Assembly: GCA_013203355.1 (NCBI GenBank)
Contig: JABMQH010000075.1
Coordinates: 1 to 58,309, forward strand
DNA: 58,309 nucleotides
Source of the DNA: Candidatus Omnitrophota bacterium
Lineage (GTDB): Bacteria > Omnitrophota > Gorgyraeia > JABMQH01
Reading direction: 5' to 3'
In this document: piece by piece, positions 1-8,490 of the stretch
How positions within the stretch are numbered: the stretch's first letter is position 1
Layout of the letters: each line of letters starts with the position of its first letter
Made by a program: the position numbers and the translations under genes
Notes under the pieces: generated by a model
Seen by the model: only the letters and a program-made list of their open reading frames with translations
Told to the model about the DNA's origin: nothing
The model's database searches: none

Positions 1-122
1 ACTAGTATTATAATAATCTCTACTGCACGGCGAAAACGTGCGCCTTTAACCTTTTTATGGCAATACCTGCAAATTATAGCCTTGTCTTGTATCTCTTCAT
101 CACAATAAGGGCATCTTTTCAT
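1..122 (-). CDS. small zinc-ribbon protein, truncated by the left window edge
   Basis: ATG at 120-122 on the minus strand, with GGAGG 4 nt upstream. It translates as [41 protein letters not shown].., giving CPxC and CxxC knuckles followed by a hydrophobic stretch. It is absent from the ORF track because it runs off the edge. Confidence 0.45.
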   Translation of the reverse strand, partial: MKRCPYCDEEIQDKAIICRYCHKKVKGARFRRAVEIIIIL

Positions 123-148
123 CTCGCCTCCTTAATAAATATATAAAT

Positions 149-175
149 AAAAAAACAACTCTTTTTCAGAGTTGT
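149..175 (-). terminator. Rho-independent terminator downstream of the 462-aa ORF
   Basis: On the minus strand: ACAACTCT-gaaaa-AGAGTTGT (8 bp stem, 5 nt loop) followed by TTTTTTATTT. The stem is AT-rich, so the call is moderate. Confidence 0.5.
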
Positions 176-265
176 CAAAATTTACCTCCTCATAAACCAT
201 AATCATATCTCTACGGTTCATTGAAACATAATACTATGTCAATATCATAAAAACAAGTGGAAATT

Positions 266-309
266 TCTAACCTGGCAAGACTAACCTGGTTAGATCTGGC
301 AGGTTAGAT
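266..309. repeat. cluster of CTAACC/GGTTAG half-sites directly after a stop codon; contains a 23-mer also found at 52452-52474
   Basis: The sequence reads tCTAACCTGGcaagaCTAACCTGGTTAGATCTGgCAGGTTAGAT. It has two direct CTAACCTGG copies, two GGTTAGAT copies and a central palindrome CTAACC-T-GGTTAG. Confidence 0.6.
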
Positions 310-1692
310 TTGGGAGTCAGTTAGTTTTAGGAGCGTTGCCCGGGATCTTTCTCGATTCAACCGTAATAACAATTCGTTATCGTCATATAGCGGCCGCTTT
401 CCTTCATATGCTGAAGGAGGGATATCTCCATCTAATAAACTCCCGCGGATCTTTAGTATTTCACGGAGCAGCCTCTCGCCTAATCTAGTCCGACTAAGAC
501 GGCCGTTCTGGTCTTCTTTTATTAAGCCATCGTATATCGCACGGTTAATAGCCTGCCTAAAGCGTTCTCCTACTATGTCTTTTGTTTGAGAAAACATACG
601 CAGGTGTAAGCGGTGCTCTTGAACGGCAAAGAGCTTCTCTAACACTTCTTCTTCCCTCATGGGATTAGTAAGAGCATATAATAGGACATTTCTGCGATAT
701 AATAACGCTGTTTCATCCACTTCTCCGGCAAGAGGTTCACAGGTAAAAAATAGATCTCGTATCCATCTAAAATGTTCCGTATCCCCTCTTTTAACAAAAA
801 CCGGCATGGCTCCCCACACATATTTTGGATATGGCACCATATCTACAAAGAGTCGATCGTGTTGCGCAAATTCTTGAACTGGGTCAGCATTTCTATCTGC
901 TACTCCTTCATGAGCTCCTAGATCCCTAAAAATCTCAGCCCATTGATCTCCAATATAATGCATCTCTACAACAAAGGCGTTTCGCAGACGCGGTGACATA
1001 TCCATCCCTTTGCGTATCTTCCCGAGCGGAACTTGACCATATTCACCTTTATGCCAAACGATTAACAAATCCACATCCGGTATAATACGTTTAAGGAATT
1101 CTACTTCGTCTATCTTACCGCGTGCTAACCTTAGGATAGTGAAGAAGATGATTTTCGTGATATCGGCATCACCGTAGAAAGGGTAACCAACGCCATATAC
1201 CGCCTTGACATGCGGGGCCCCAAGTAATGTCTTGGCAATTCGTCCCGCCCTTCGGCGATCCTCTCTAAAATCTTTGTTCTCAGCATAGAATCTTACCGCC
1301 TTTCTGGCTATCCACCGGCGCTTTTTGCCTACATACTTATCTATCATTCGATTTAAGCGTCTCGTGGAAAAGAAGCGATCAATTTCTTTTTCAGCAAATT
1401 CATCCAATTCCGGTATTTCTTCGTGCACCTGATGGAGAAATAAGAATATCTCATCCTGCTGGTCTGGAGATAACCTGCTAAAATCGCGCTCTTTCATTCC
1501 TTGTATCTGAGTTAATCGCGAACTAGCCGCCTCAAGCACTTCTTTTGACACACCATTGTTGTTCCCACCCCTGTCCCGAAATGCCTTTGCCCTCAAGGAA
1601 TAGAGGCTATAAGGATGCGCCCATACAATCCCCTGGCACAGGAATGTAAAAACGAGTATCCCTACAATGGATTTTGTTATTTTTAAACTCAT
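304..1692 (-). CDS. hypothetical exported protein (N-terminal hydrophobic helix then the motif W-A-H-P-Y-S..LR)
   Basis: 462-aa ORF with the signal-like N-terminus MSLKITKSIVGILVFTFLCQGIVWA. I recognise no confident family. A weak minimal-nucleotidyltransferase-like pattern (GVGYPFYGDAD ... DVDLLIV) is only a hint. Confidence 0.55.
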   Translation of the reverse strand: MSLKITKSIVGILVFTFLCQGIVWAHPYSLYSLRAKAFRDRGGNNNGVSKEVLEAASSRLTQIQGMKERDFSRLSPDQQDEIFLFLHQVHEEIPELDEFAEKEIDRFFSTRRLNRMIDKYVGKKRRWIARKAVRFYAENKDFREDRRRAGRIAKTLLGAPHVKAVYGVGYPFYGDADITKIIFFTILRLARGKIDEVEFLKRIIPDVDLLIVWHKGEYGQVPLGKIRKGMDMSPRLRNAFVVEMHYIGDQWAEIFRDLGAHEGVADRNADPVQEFAQHDRLFVDMVPYPKYVWGAMPVFVKRGDTEHFRWIRDLFFTCEPLAGEVDETALLYRRNVLLYALTNPMREEEVLEKLFAVQEHRLHLRMFSQTKDIVGERFRQAINRAIYDGLIKEDQNGRLSRTRLGERLLREILKIRGSLLDGDIPPSAYEGKRPLYDDNELLLRLNRERSRATLLKLTDSQI

Positions 1693-1848
1693 AGGATTAC
1701 ATACCTTAAGTGTGTAACAATTGTCTGAGTTACTAATAATATAGCATATGATTATAGTAAAGCAAGGGAAATTATCTAGCTTTTTGAAATATTAACAACT
1801 GACAAGGCGGGGGGACGTTCCCTAAGGGGACGGATTGTGGGGTTGTAA

Positions 1849-3684
1849 CTATTTCTTGCTTTGTAACTCTAATGCTTTTTGACGCATGATATCTGCTTCT
1901 TTGTGCTTGTTTAACTCCGTGTAGCAAATGGCAAGATTATTATATACCAGAGGGCTATCAGGCGCTAAGGGTAATAATCTTTTGTATTCTTCCGCTGCCT
2001 TTATGTAAAGATTCAAATGAAAATAAACTCCCGCACGATCAAAAAGGGCATTGAGATTTTCGGGTTCTATTTCTAATATGCGCTCTAATCTATCAAGGGC
2101 TTCGATATACAGGTTCTTCTTTAGGTATAATTTTGAAAGTTCGTAATTAACCGTTATATCATGAGGTTTCTTTTTGGCCACTTTCAATAATTTCCTGAAC
2201 CTTTTATCTTCCGCATACAAAAGCCTACTCATAGTTTTCCGCGTCGGCTGATAAAACGGCATTAAGCGTAAGGCCGTTTTCCAATTTTCAACAGCGCTGT
2301 CCTTATCATCTTCCAAATAATCCAAAAAGCCGATCCCGTGATAGACCAAAGGGTGGTTTGGATTAAGTTCGGCTGCCTTTTGAAATTCCTGTCGGGCAAG
2401 CCCAAGCTTATTAGCCGATATATAGAGAGAGGCTATATTCATATGCCCACCTGCGGAATTTGGGCTATATTTAAGTAAGTTTTGATAGAATTCAAATGGC
2501 CTCCCCCATTCCACATTCCTAAAAACTGTGCGGATTAAAAAAAAGCTTAAGAATCCGATAAAAAGCAAAGTGGCCATTTTTGTTACAGGGCTCTGTTTTG
2601 CGATTGGCTTCTTTAAATCTAAAACCTTAACAAGGCCGAATGAGACAATACTATATATGCCAATGGACGGCAGATACAGCCAGTGTTCTGCCATCGGCGC
2701 ATTCATAGCTAATACGTTCAGCATAGGAAAAAGTGTTATAAAAGAAAAACTTATACAGAAAAATAATGGCTTGGAACGCCTGTAAGCAATTTTTGAAACC
2801 CAGATTATGCATATTATTGCTATCAGGGAAATAATGGCCTGTGGGTTAAAAATCGAATGGATGGCCGGCTCAAGCCTTTCCATATGTAAATGTATAGGAA
2901 AGAATAAAAGCCATAAGTATGAAACTAGAATTTTAGGCGTAGTTAGCAAAAATGACTTAAGGGCCATCTGGCCCGGGATGGCTAAAGGCAGCCCTAAGAA
3001 AAACAGCCTATAAAAAACATAAACAAATATTATCAGAAAATAAGCAGCGTATAACTTAAGTGATCTTGCGGTAACTGAAGTCTGTCGTAGTATTAACGCG
3101 TCATAAAGAATTAGAACAAGCGGAAAAATCAAAGCGGCCTCTTTAGTCAGCAGTGAAAATGTAAAACATAGAACGGAAAAGAGAAATAGCTTCCCTTTGT
3201 GCTCACTTCTAAACTTGCTATAAAACAAAAACGCTGATAGAAAGAAAAAACTGCTTATCGGATCTGCCCTACCGGAGATATGGGTCACTGCCTCTGTATT
3301 GATCGGGTGTATCGCAAAAATTAGGCTCACCAAAAAAGCTATGTCGCGATTTTTAAAGATACGTCCTACAAAAAAATAGACCAACAGTATATTTAAAAGA
3401 TGGAAGATTACATTTGTTAAATGATAGCCGAAGGGGTTCAGCTTCCATATTGAGTAATCAAACATAAAGGAAAGGGTTTGTATCGGTCTGTAAAAATTGC
3501 TACCCCCTACCCCCCGAAATAGATGAGTTTTAAAAATAACGGGCAAATTCTGAAAACTTTTAATACTTTCCTCATTGACAACCAGATGAAAATCATCCCA
3601 AATGAACCAATTACTGAGCGAAGCCGAATAGATAGCAAAGGTCGTAAGGAGGATTAAGTAGAATAAGAGGCGCTTTTTATTCAT
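1849..3684 (-). CDS. GT-C fold glycosyltransferase, TMTC/PMT-like, with C-terminal TPR repeats
   Basis: 611 aa with about 10-12 hydrophobic helices. It has an N-terminal FIWDDF acidic motif and YRPIQTLSF..GYHLTNVIFH, as in TMTC/PMT_2-type enzymes. The C-terminal 200 aa have TPR-like periodicity. Confidence 0.65.
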   Translation of the reverse strand: MNKKRLLFYLILLTTFAIYSASLSNWFIWDDFHLVVNEESIKSFQNLPVIFKTHLFRGVGGSNFYRPIQTLSFMFDYSIWKLNPFGYHLTNVIFHLLNILLVYFFVGRIFKNRDIAFLVSLIFAIHPINTEAVTHISGRADPISSFFFLSAFLFYSKFRSEHKGKLFLFSVLCFTFSLLTKEAALIFPLVLILYDALILRQTSVTARSLKLYAAYFLIIFVYVFYRLFFLGLPLAIPGQMALKSFLLTTPKILVSYLWLLFFPIHLHMERLEPAIHSIFNPQAIISLIAIICIIWVSKIAYRRSKPLFFCISFSFITLFPMLNVLAMNAPMAEHWLYLPSIGIYSIVSFGLVKVLDLKKPIAKQSPVTKMATLLFIGFLSFFLIRTVFRNVEWGRPFEFYQNLLKYSPNSAGGHMNIASLYISANKLGLARQEFQKAAELNPNHPLVYHGIGFLDYLEDDKDSAVENWKTALRLMPFYQPTRKTMSRLLYAEDKRFRKLLKVAKKKPHDITVNYELSKLYLKKNLYIEALDRLERILEIEPENLNALFDRAGVYFHLNLYIKAAEEYKRLLPLAPDSPLVYNNLAICYTELNKHKEADIMRQKALELQSKK

Positions 3685-4253
3685 TAAAATAAAAAGACCG
3701 CGGAGGCAATAACAGTGGAATACCAGGCATTTGTGCCAACGACTGTGGATTGTGTGATATTTGTGGTTCTGACGATCTTCTCGCTGATTTTATATAGCTC
3801 TTCCTTTTCATCCCAGCTTTTATCTTCTTCAAATTCAATACCAAGCGTAGATGCAAGCATCGCTGCGGCAAGATCTTCTGAATAGTCGCCCGCTATCTCG
3901 TCCGTCTGGCCGTAAGCATGGTGTTCACTCAGATAGCCATAGGCATTTGGGTCTGAAGGAATAGCGCAACCTACCGAGGAGGCAATTAAACGATGGGGTT
4001 CGTTGCTTGAGCATCGGGCCATTACGCAAAAAGTGATCATGCCGGGTATAAGTTCTTTTATCCCTTCATTCTTTGAAATGGTTTTACAATCTGGAGGCAA
4101 AATGCTTGAGACCTGGACCAAGTTGCACTTTTCAATCCCTGCCTCTCTTAAGGCAAGCTCGTATGACCTAAGCTCCTCTTTATGAGTCCCCACCCCCTTT
4201 GTGAAGAATATTTTCTTTGGGAGCATTATCTTTTTCCTTGGGGTCAGAATCAT
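3684..4253 (-). CDS. pdaD: pyruvoyl-dependent arginine decarboxylase
   Basis: 189 aa with [14 protein letters not shown] and the self-cleavage motif [10 protein letters not shown] strong AAGGAGG lies 6 nt before the ATG at 4253. The gene overlaps the 3' tail of speB by 74 nt. Confidence 0.8.
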   Translation of the reverse strand: MILTPRKKIMLPKKIFFTKGVGTHKEELRSYELALREAGIEKCNLVQVSSILPPDCKTISKNEGIKELIPGMITFCVMARCSSNEPHRLIASSVGCAIPSDPNAYGYLSEHHAYGQTDEIAGDYSEDLAAAMLASTLGIEFEEDKSWDEKEELYKISEKIVRTTNITQSTVVGTNAWYSTVIASAVFLF

Positions 4254-5172
4254 TCTTTTCCTCCTTCTTTAGTTGTGATAACCGCTTTGGTGAAAACAAA
4301 TATCCTAACAATCTATATGTTAGTTTAGCGGCAAAAAAATCAGAGGCAATATGGTCTTTTACCGGACATAATTCGACTATATCCATCCCGACGATATTTC
4401 TGTTCATAATAATTAAAGACAGCAACTCCAGAAATTCATACCAGCCAATACCTCCCGGTTCGGGCGTGCCGACAGCCGGGACGATAGATGGATCGAAGAC
4501 ATCCAGGTCAATTGAGATATAGACGTTTTTGGAAAGAAGCTGCCCTACCTTGTCCTTCCATAACGCATCATCGAGTATATCGTAAACACTTATCACATTC
4601 ACCTTTGTTCCTGCGGGGAGGTTGTTTAGAAACTCCTTTTCCTCTTTGCTTATACTCCTTGTCCCCGCCTCAACAAGGCCCGCGGATTCCGATATCCGCC
4701 TCGCTGTACAGCCATGATTGAATTTAGAGCCGTTAAATTCATCTTTTAAATCGTAATGCGAATCCAAATACAATACGCTTAAATCCTCATAATTTTCTTT
4801 AAAGGCCTGAACGGCTCCGATGCTCACAGAATGCTCCCCTCCTAAAATCACAGGGAACTTGTTTGTTTTTATCAGGTCCCGGACGGCTTCTTTTACCTTT
4901 TTTATCATATCTTCCGACGACAAACCCCTTACCTGTAATTCTTCCATTGTATGGATGCCGATCTTGTATGTTTCCTGATTCAACTCATCGTCAAACATCT
5001 CCATATGCGTTGAGGCCTCTATTATGGCACGGGGCCCGGAACTGGTACCTTTTCTGTAGGTGGTGGTACTTTCATAAGGGGTGGGCACAACAACAACCTT
5101 TGACCTCTTGAGGCTTGAATATTCTTCGCTTAGTTCTCCGAAATTTAGAATCTTCTGCGTTTGCTCTTCCAT
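4180..5172 (-). CDS. speB: agmatinase (arginase/ureohydrolase family)
   Basis: Motifs [16 protein letters not shown] and [20 protein letters not shown] match the Mn-binding signatures. It is adjacent to pdaD. It carries a charged, low-complexity C-terminal tail. Confidence 0.8.
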   Translation of the reverse strand: MEEQTQKILNFGELSEEYSSLKRSKVVVVPTPYESTTTYRKGTSSGPRAIIEASTHMEMFDDELNQETYKIGIHTMEELQVRGLSSEDMIKKVKEAVRDLIKTNKFPVILGGEHSVSIGAVQAFKENYEDLSVLYLDSHYDLKDEFNGSKFNHGCTARRISESAGLVEAGTRSISKEEKEFLNNLPAGTKVNVISVYDILDDALWKDKVGQLLSKNVYISIDLDVFDPSIVPAVGTPEPGGIGWYEFLELLSLIIMNRNIVGMDIVELCPVKDHIASDFFAAKLTYRLLGYLFSPKRLSQLKKEEKNDSDPKEKDNAPKENILHKGGGDS

Positions 5173-5187
5173 GAGATCCTTCCTGTA

Positions 5188-6234
5188 TTATCCTGCTTTT
5201 CTAAGTTTATCTGAAACCCCAATCAGGCGGTCCATGACCGCTGTTGTAATATGCTCATCGGCCAACCCCAAGCCGCAGCTCGGTGTGACCAGCATTGAAT
5301 CAAGGATTGCTTTTTCCTTTATGCCTTTATTTATAAGCAGCTTTGAGGCATTTTTGAATCTCTCAACCAGAGAATCATCGCTTTCCTCCAGGACCTCTTT
5401 CCCATTGGGTACAATGCCCCACGCCAAAAGACCGCCTTTTGTCAAAAATGCTTCCAGCTCTTTCGGGTACAACGATATACTTTCATAAAAATTATACGCG
5501 TCAAAGTTGACTATATCAACATCCGTATTAAGCAAAAAAGCCCAATCGGTATTTCCGCAACAGTGTATCCCGCAAATGGCCCCTTCCTGATGGATAGCGG
5601 AAATAACCTCATTCAACCCCAAGAGGGCATCCTCCTTCTTCAGGCTTACATAGCTTGATCCTATCGAAGTCAAATATGGCTCATCAATAATAATTATACA
5701 ATCTATCCCTGTCTCTTTCAATTTTCTTATCTGCCACTTTACCCTCATCGCCAAGGTTTTTAATATCGCCTCTTTCATCTCTGTATTATAAAAAAGAGAG
5801 CGCCTTTTGTCGTCAGTAACCGTCAGACCGAAACTTACAGGACCTGTTATCTGGCCTTTTAAAAATTTTGGCTTGCTCGACATTTTCTTTACGGCCTCTA
5901 TTAATTCATACAGGCCTTCGGCATGGTCTCTGCTAATCGCAAAAAAATCTAAATCGTTCTGCAAAAATTTCTCATATAGCTTCTCTAACTCTGGGGAGAG
6001 ATCTTTTTGCGTATCAACATATATCCTCTTCTCTTTTGAGTCTACGACTACACCGGGGAGTTTCTCAGAAAACTGGACATACATATTTTCGGCGAATGAG
6101 CGCTTGATAAGTTGAGGCCAGAAGGGTATTTCCTTAAAAACCTTTAAGATTTTTTCACAGGCGAACTTCGAGTCCTTGTACGGCAGGCTTCCTACTGATG
6201 TTGGATAAAATTTCCCTTTTAATTCCTGTATCAC
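5188..6234 (-). CDS. MetE C-terminal-domain-like (cobalamin-independent methionine synthase / URO-D_CIMS superfamily) protein
   Basis: 348 aa. The Zn-ligand-like motifs IHCCGN and TPSCGLG sit at the spacing of the MetE HxC and CGL motifs. Confidence 0.55.
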   Translation of the reverse strand: MIQELKGKFYPTSVGSLPYKDSKFACEKILKVFKEIPFWPQLIKRSFAENMYVQFSEKLPGVVVDSKEKRIYVDTQKDLSPELEKLYEKFLQNDLDFFAISRDHAEGLYELIEAVKKMSSKPKFLKGQITGPVSFGLTVTDDKRRSLFYNTEMKEAILKTLAMRVKWQIRKLKETGIDCIIIIDEPYLTSIGSSYVSLKKEDALLGLNEVISAIHQEGAICGIHCCGNTDWAFLLNTDVDIVNFDAYNFYESISLYPKELEAFLTKGGLLAWGIVPNGKEVLEESDDSLVERFKNASKLLINKGIKEKAILDSMLVTPSCGLGLADEHITTAVMDRLIGVSDKLRKAG

Positions 6235-6289
6235 CCCGTTACAAACCTCTCTTTCGCCCCACTACAGCACAACAGTTTGTAGCGGGGTA

Positions 6290-7138
6290 TCACCCGACCA
6301 CCACTTCTCCCAGTCGCTTTATGCGTTCCTTAATCGGAGGGTGCGTAGAAAAAAGCTTTGCCAAAAAGCCTCCACTTAAAGGATTTACTATAAACATATG
6401 TGCGGTCTGTGGGGAGGCGCTTAGCTTTTTATATTTCGATGCCTCTTCGAGTTTTTGAAGGGCATTTGCAAGGCCTGTTGAGGAATGCGCCAGATATGCG
6501 CCTTGTTTATCGGCGGCATATTCCCTCGAGCGCGATATTGCCAATTGAATCAACGTCGCCGCCAGAGGCGCGACTATAACAGTTGCCAGAAGCCCTATTA
6601 TATTTGAGCTTCCCCCGCTATTCCTTGATCTAAAACCGCCAAAGATTGCCGCCCATCTCGCCATATATGCGAGCATCATAATTGCCCCGGCGAGCGTAGC
6701 GGTTATGGACATGATCAATATATCTCTATTCTTTACATGACCTAACTCATGCGCTATAACGCCTTTTAGCTCTTCCTCGCTTAATATATCCATTATGCCT
6801 TTTGTTACGCAAACTACGGCATTATCCGGGTCCCTGCCGGTTGCAAATGCATTCGGCGAATCCTGAGGTATAACATATACCCGCGGCATAGGAAGCTTCG
6901 CATCTTGTGTAAGACCTTTTACGATCTGAAAAAGTTTTGGATATTCATCCTCGCCTGCAGGGCGAGCCTTATACATCCTGAGGACAATCTTGTCGCTGAA
7001 CCAAAAACTTGCCGCATTCATTATAAACGCTATTATAAAGGCTATTTGTGCACCTCTGGCGCCGCCAATCATCCCGCCGACCCAGACCAATAATAATGTA
7101 AGCCCAGCAATCAATATCCCTGTTTTTAAGTAATTCAC
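6290..7138 (-). CDS. htpX: membrane zinc metalloprotease HtpX (M48)
   Basis: HELGHVKNRD zinc motif, 4 TM helices and the C-terminal STHPPIKERI motif. The start overlaps the upstream stop by 4 nt. Confidence 0.85.
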   Translation of the reverse strand: MNYLKTGILIAGLTLLLVWVGGMIGGARGAQIAFIIAFIMNAASFWFSDKIVLRMYKARPAGEDEYPKLFQIVKGLTQDAKLPMPRVYVIPQDSPNAFATGRDPDNAVVCVTKGIMDILSEEELKGVIAHELGHVKNRDILIMSITATLAGAIMMLAYMARWAAIFGGFRSRNSGGSSNIIGLLATVIVAPLAATLIQLAISRSREYAADKQGAYLAHSSTGLANALQKLEEASKYKKLSASPQTAHMFIVNPLSGGFLAKLFSTHPPIKERIKRLGEVVVG

Positions 7139-8490
7139 CCTGCAATCACCTCATTAATTTTTTTTGCCACCTTCGAATACAAATCATTTGCTTCCTTTTT
7201 CGTCTTCGCCTCTACAATTATCCTGATTATGGGCTCTGTGTTAGAGGATCTTACATGAACCCATCTATCCGGCCAGATAACCTTAAGGCCATCGGTAACA
7301 TCTATATCCTCATTTTTGTAAACGTACCTTAAGGTGTTAAGGACATCTGTGGTTTTTGAGAGCGGGCATTCAAACTTTCCTTTTATCATCTCAAAGCGGG
7401 GCATCCCATCTACAAGCTGCGAAATCTTTTGATTGGACTTCGCAAGATATTCTAAGATAAGCCCCATGCCTACAAGGCTATCCCGTCCATAATTTATCTT
7501 CGGGAATATCACTCCGCCATTCCCTTCCCCTCCGATAACAGCGTTTCTTTTTTTCATCTCACGGACAACATTTGACTCCCCTACCTTTGCCCTGATCAAT
7601 TTAACCTTAAATCCCTTTGTTATGTAGTTCAACACCTGCGACGCAGAAAGATTTGTCACGACAGGGCCTTTTTTTCTATAAGAGAGTATGAACTTCACTG
7701 AAAGCGCAAGGGTCAGCTCTTCGCCGATCGCAGCCCCTTTATCCGAAACCACCGCCAGCCTGTCGGCGTCCGGGTCCTGCGCAAAACCTATATTCAATCT
7801 CTTTTGTTTTACTAATCGGCAAAGCGCCTTCAGGTTCTCAGGTAAGGGTTCGGGCTCATGGTTGAAGATCCCATTCGGGTTATCATTTAAAGCAAAAACC
7901 TTACATCCAAGCTCAGAAAGAAATCTTGGTGTTATCACGCATCCTGTGCCGTTTACATAATCAACCCCGATTTTAAAACGCTTTTTTCTTATGGCCTTCA
8001 CGTCCAGATTTTTCAGCACTTCCTTAATGTGCAATTCGACGGCATTAGGGTCTTTGCTTATATTATTAATCGCATCCCACGGAACATTTCTAAATTCTTT
8101 TTTATAATAGATATCGAAGAACTTCTCAAGCCTTGACTCATTTAAGAAGGTCCCATCCGGTTCAATAAACTTAAAACCATTCCATTCCCCGGGGTTATGG
8201 CTTGCGGTAATCATAACACCGCCGTCCACCTTGTGTTTTCGCACATAAAAGAGTACCGTCGGCGTAGGTACAATGCCCAGATCTATAACCTTGCAGCCGG
8301 ATGATAAAAGGCCTGCCACAACTGCGTTCTTCAACATATCCCCGCTTGTCCGGGTATCCCTTGCGATAGCAACTTTACCACAATTACTAAAAGTACCGAA
8401 GGTCTGACCAAACTCCAAGGCCACTGCGTTCGTTAACGCCTTTCCTGCGATACCCCTTACGCCTGAAATACCTATCTTTAGTGAAGTCAT
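7135..8490 (-). CDS. alpha-D-phosphohexomutase (PGM/PMM/GlmM family)
   Basis: ISGVRG, TASHNPGEWNGFK (phosphoserine loop), DPDADR (Mg loop), GGEGNGG and RSSNTEP. It overlaps the GH94 gene by 4 nt. Confidence 0.8.
   Translation of the reverse strand: MTSLKIGISGVRGIAGKALTNAVALEFGQTFGTFSNCGKVAIARDTRTSGDMLKNAVVAGLLSSGCKVIDLGIVPTPTVLFYVRKHKVDGGVMITASHNPGEWNGFKFIEPDGTFLNESRLEKFFDIYYKKEFRNVPWDAINNISKDPNAVELHIKEVLKNLDVKAIRKKRFKIGVDYVNGTGCVITPRFLSELGCKVFALNDNPNGIFNHEPEPLPENLKALCRLVKQKRLNIGFAQDPDADRLAVVSDKGAAIGEELTLALSVKFILSYRKKGPVVTNLSASQVLNYITKGFKVKLIRAKVGESNVVREMKKRNAVIGGEGNGGVIFPKINYGRDSLVGMGLILEYLAKSNQKISQLVDGMPRFEMIKGKFECPLSKTTDVLNTLRYVYKNEDIDVTDGLKVIWPDRWVHVRSSNTEPIIRIIVEAKTKKEANDLYSKVAKKINEVIAG

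Noticed and set aside
1801-1848. Recurrent GGGAC(G/A)-containing mini-palindromes in several intergenic spacers. They occur at 1810-1835, 30887-30898, 33711-33760, 34653-34660, 34738-34756 and 51541-51546, for example GGGACGTTCCC, GGGACGATCCC and AGGGAACTCCCT.
   Set aside because: The stems are only 4-5 bp, the orientation is inconsistent, and I cannot assess enrichment without counting. They may reflect a small structured repeat or simply GC-rich islands in AT-rich spacers.
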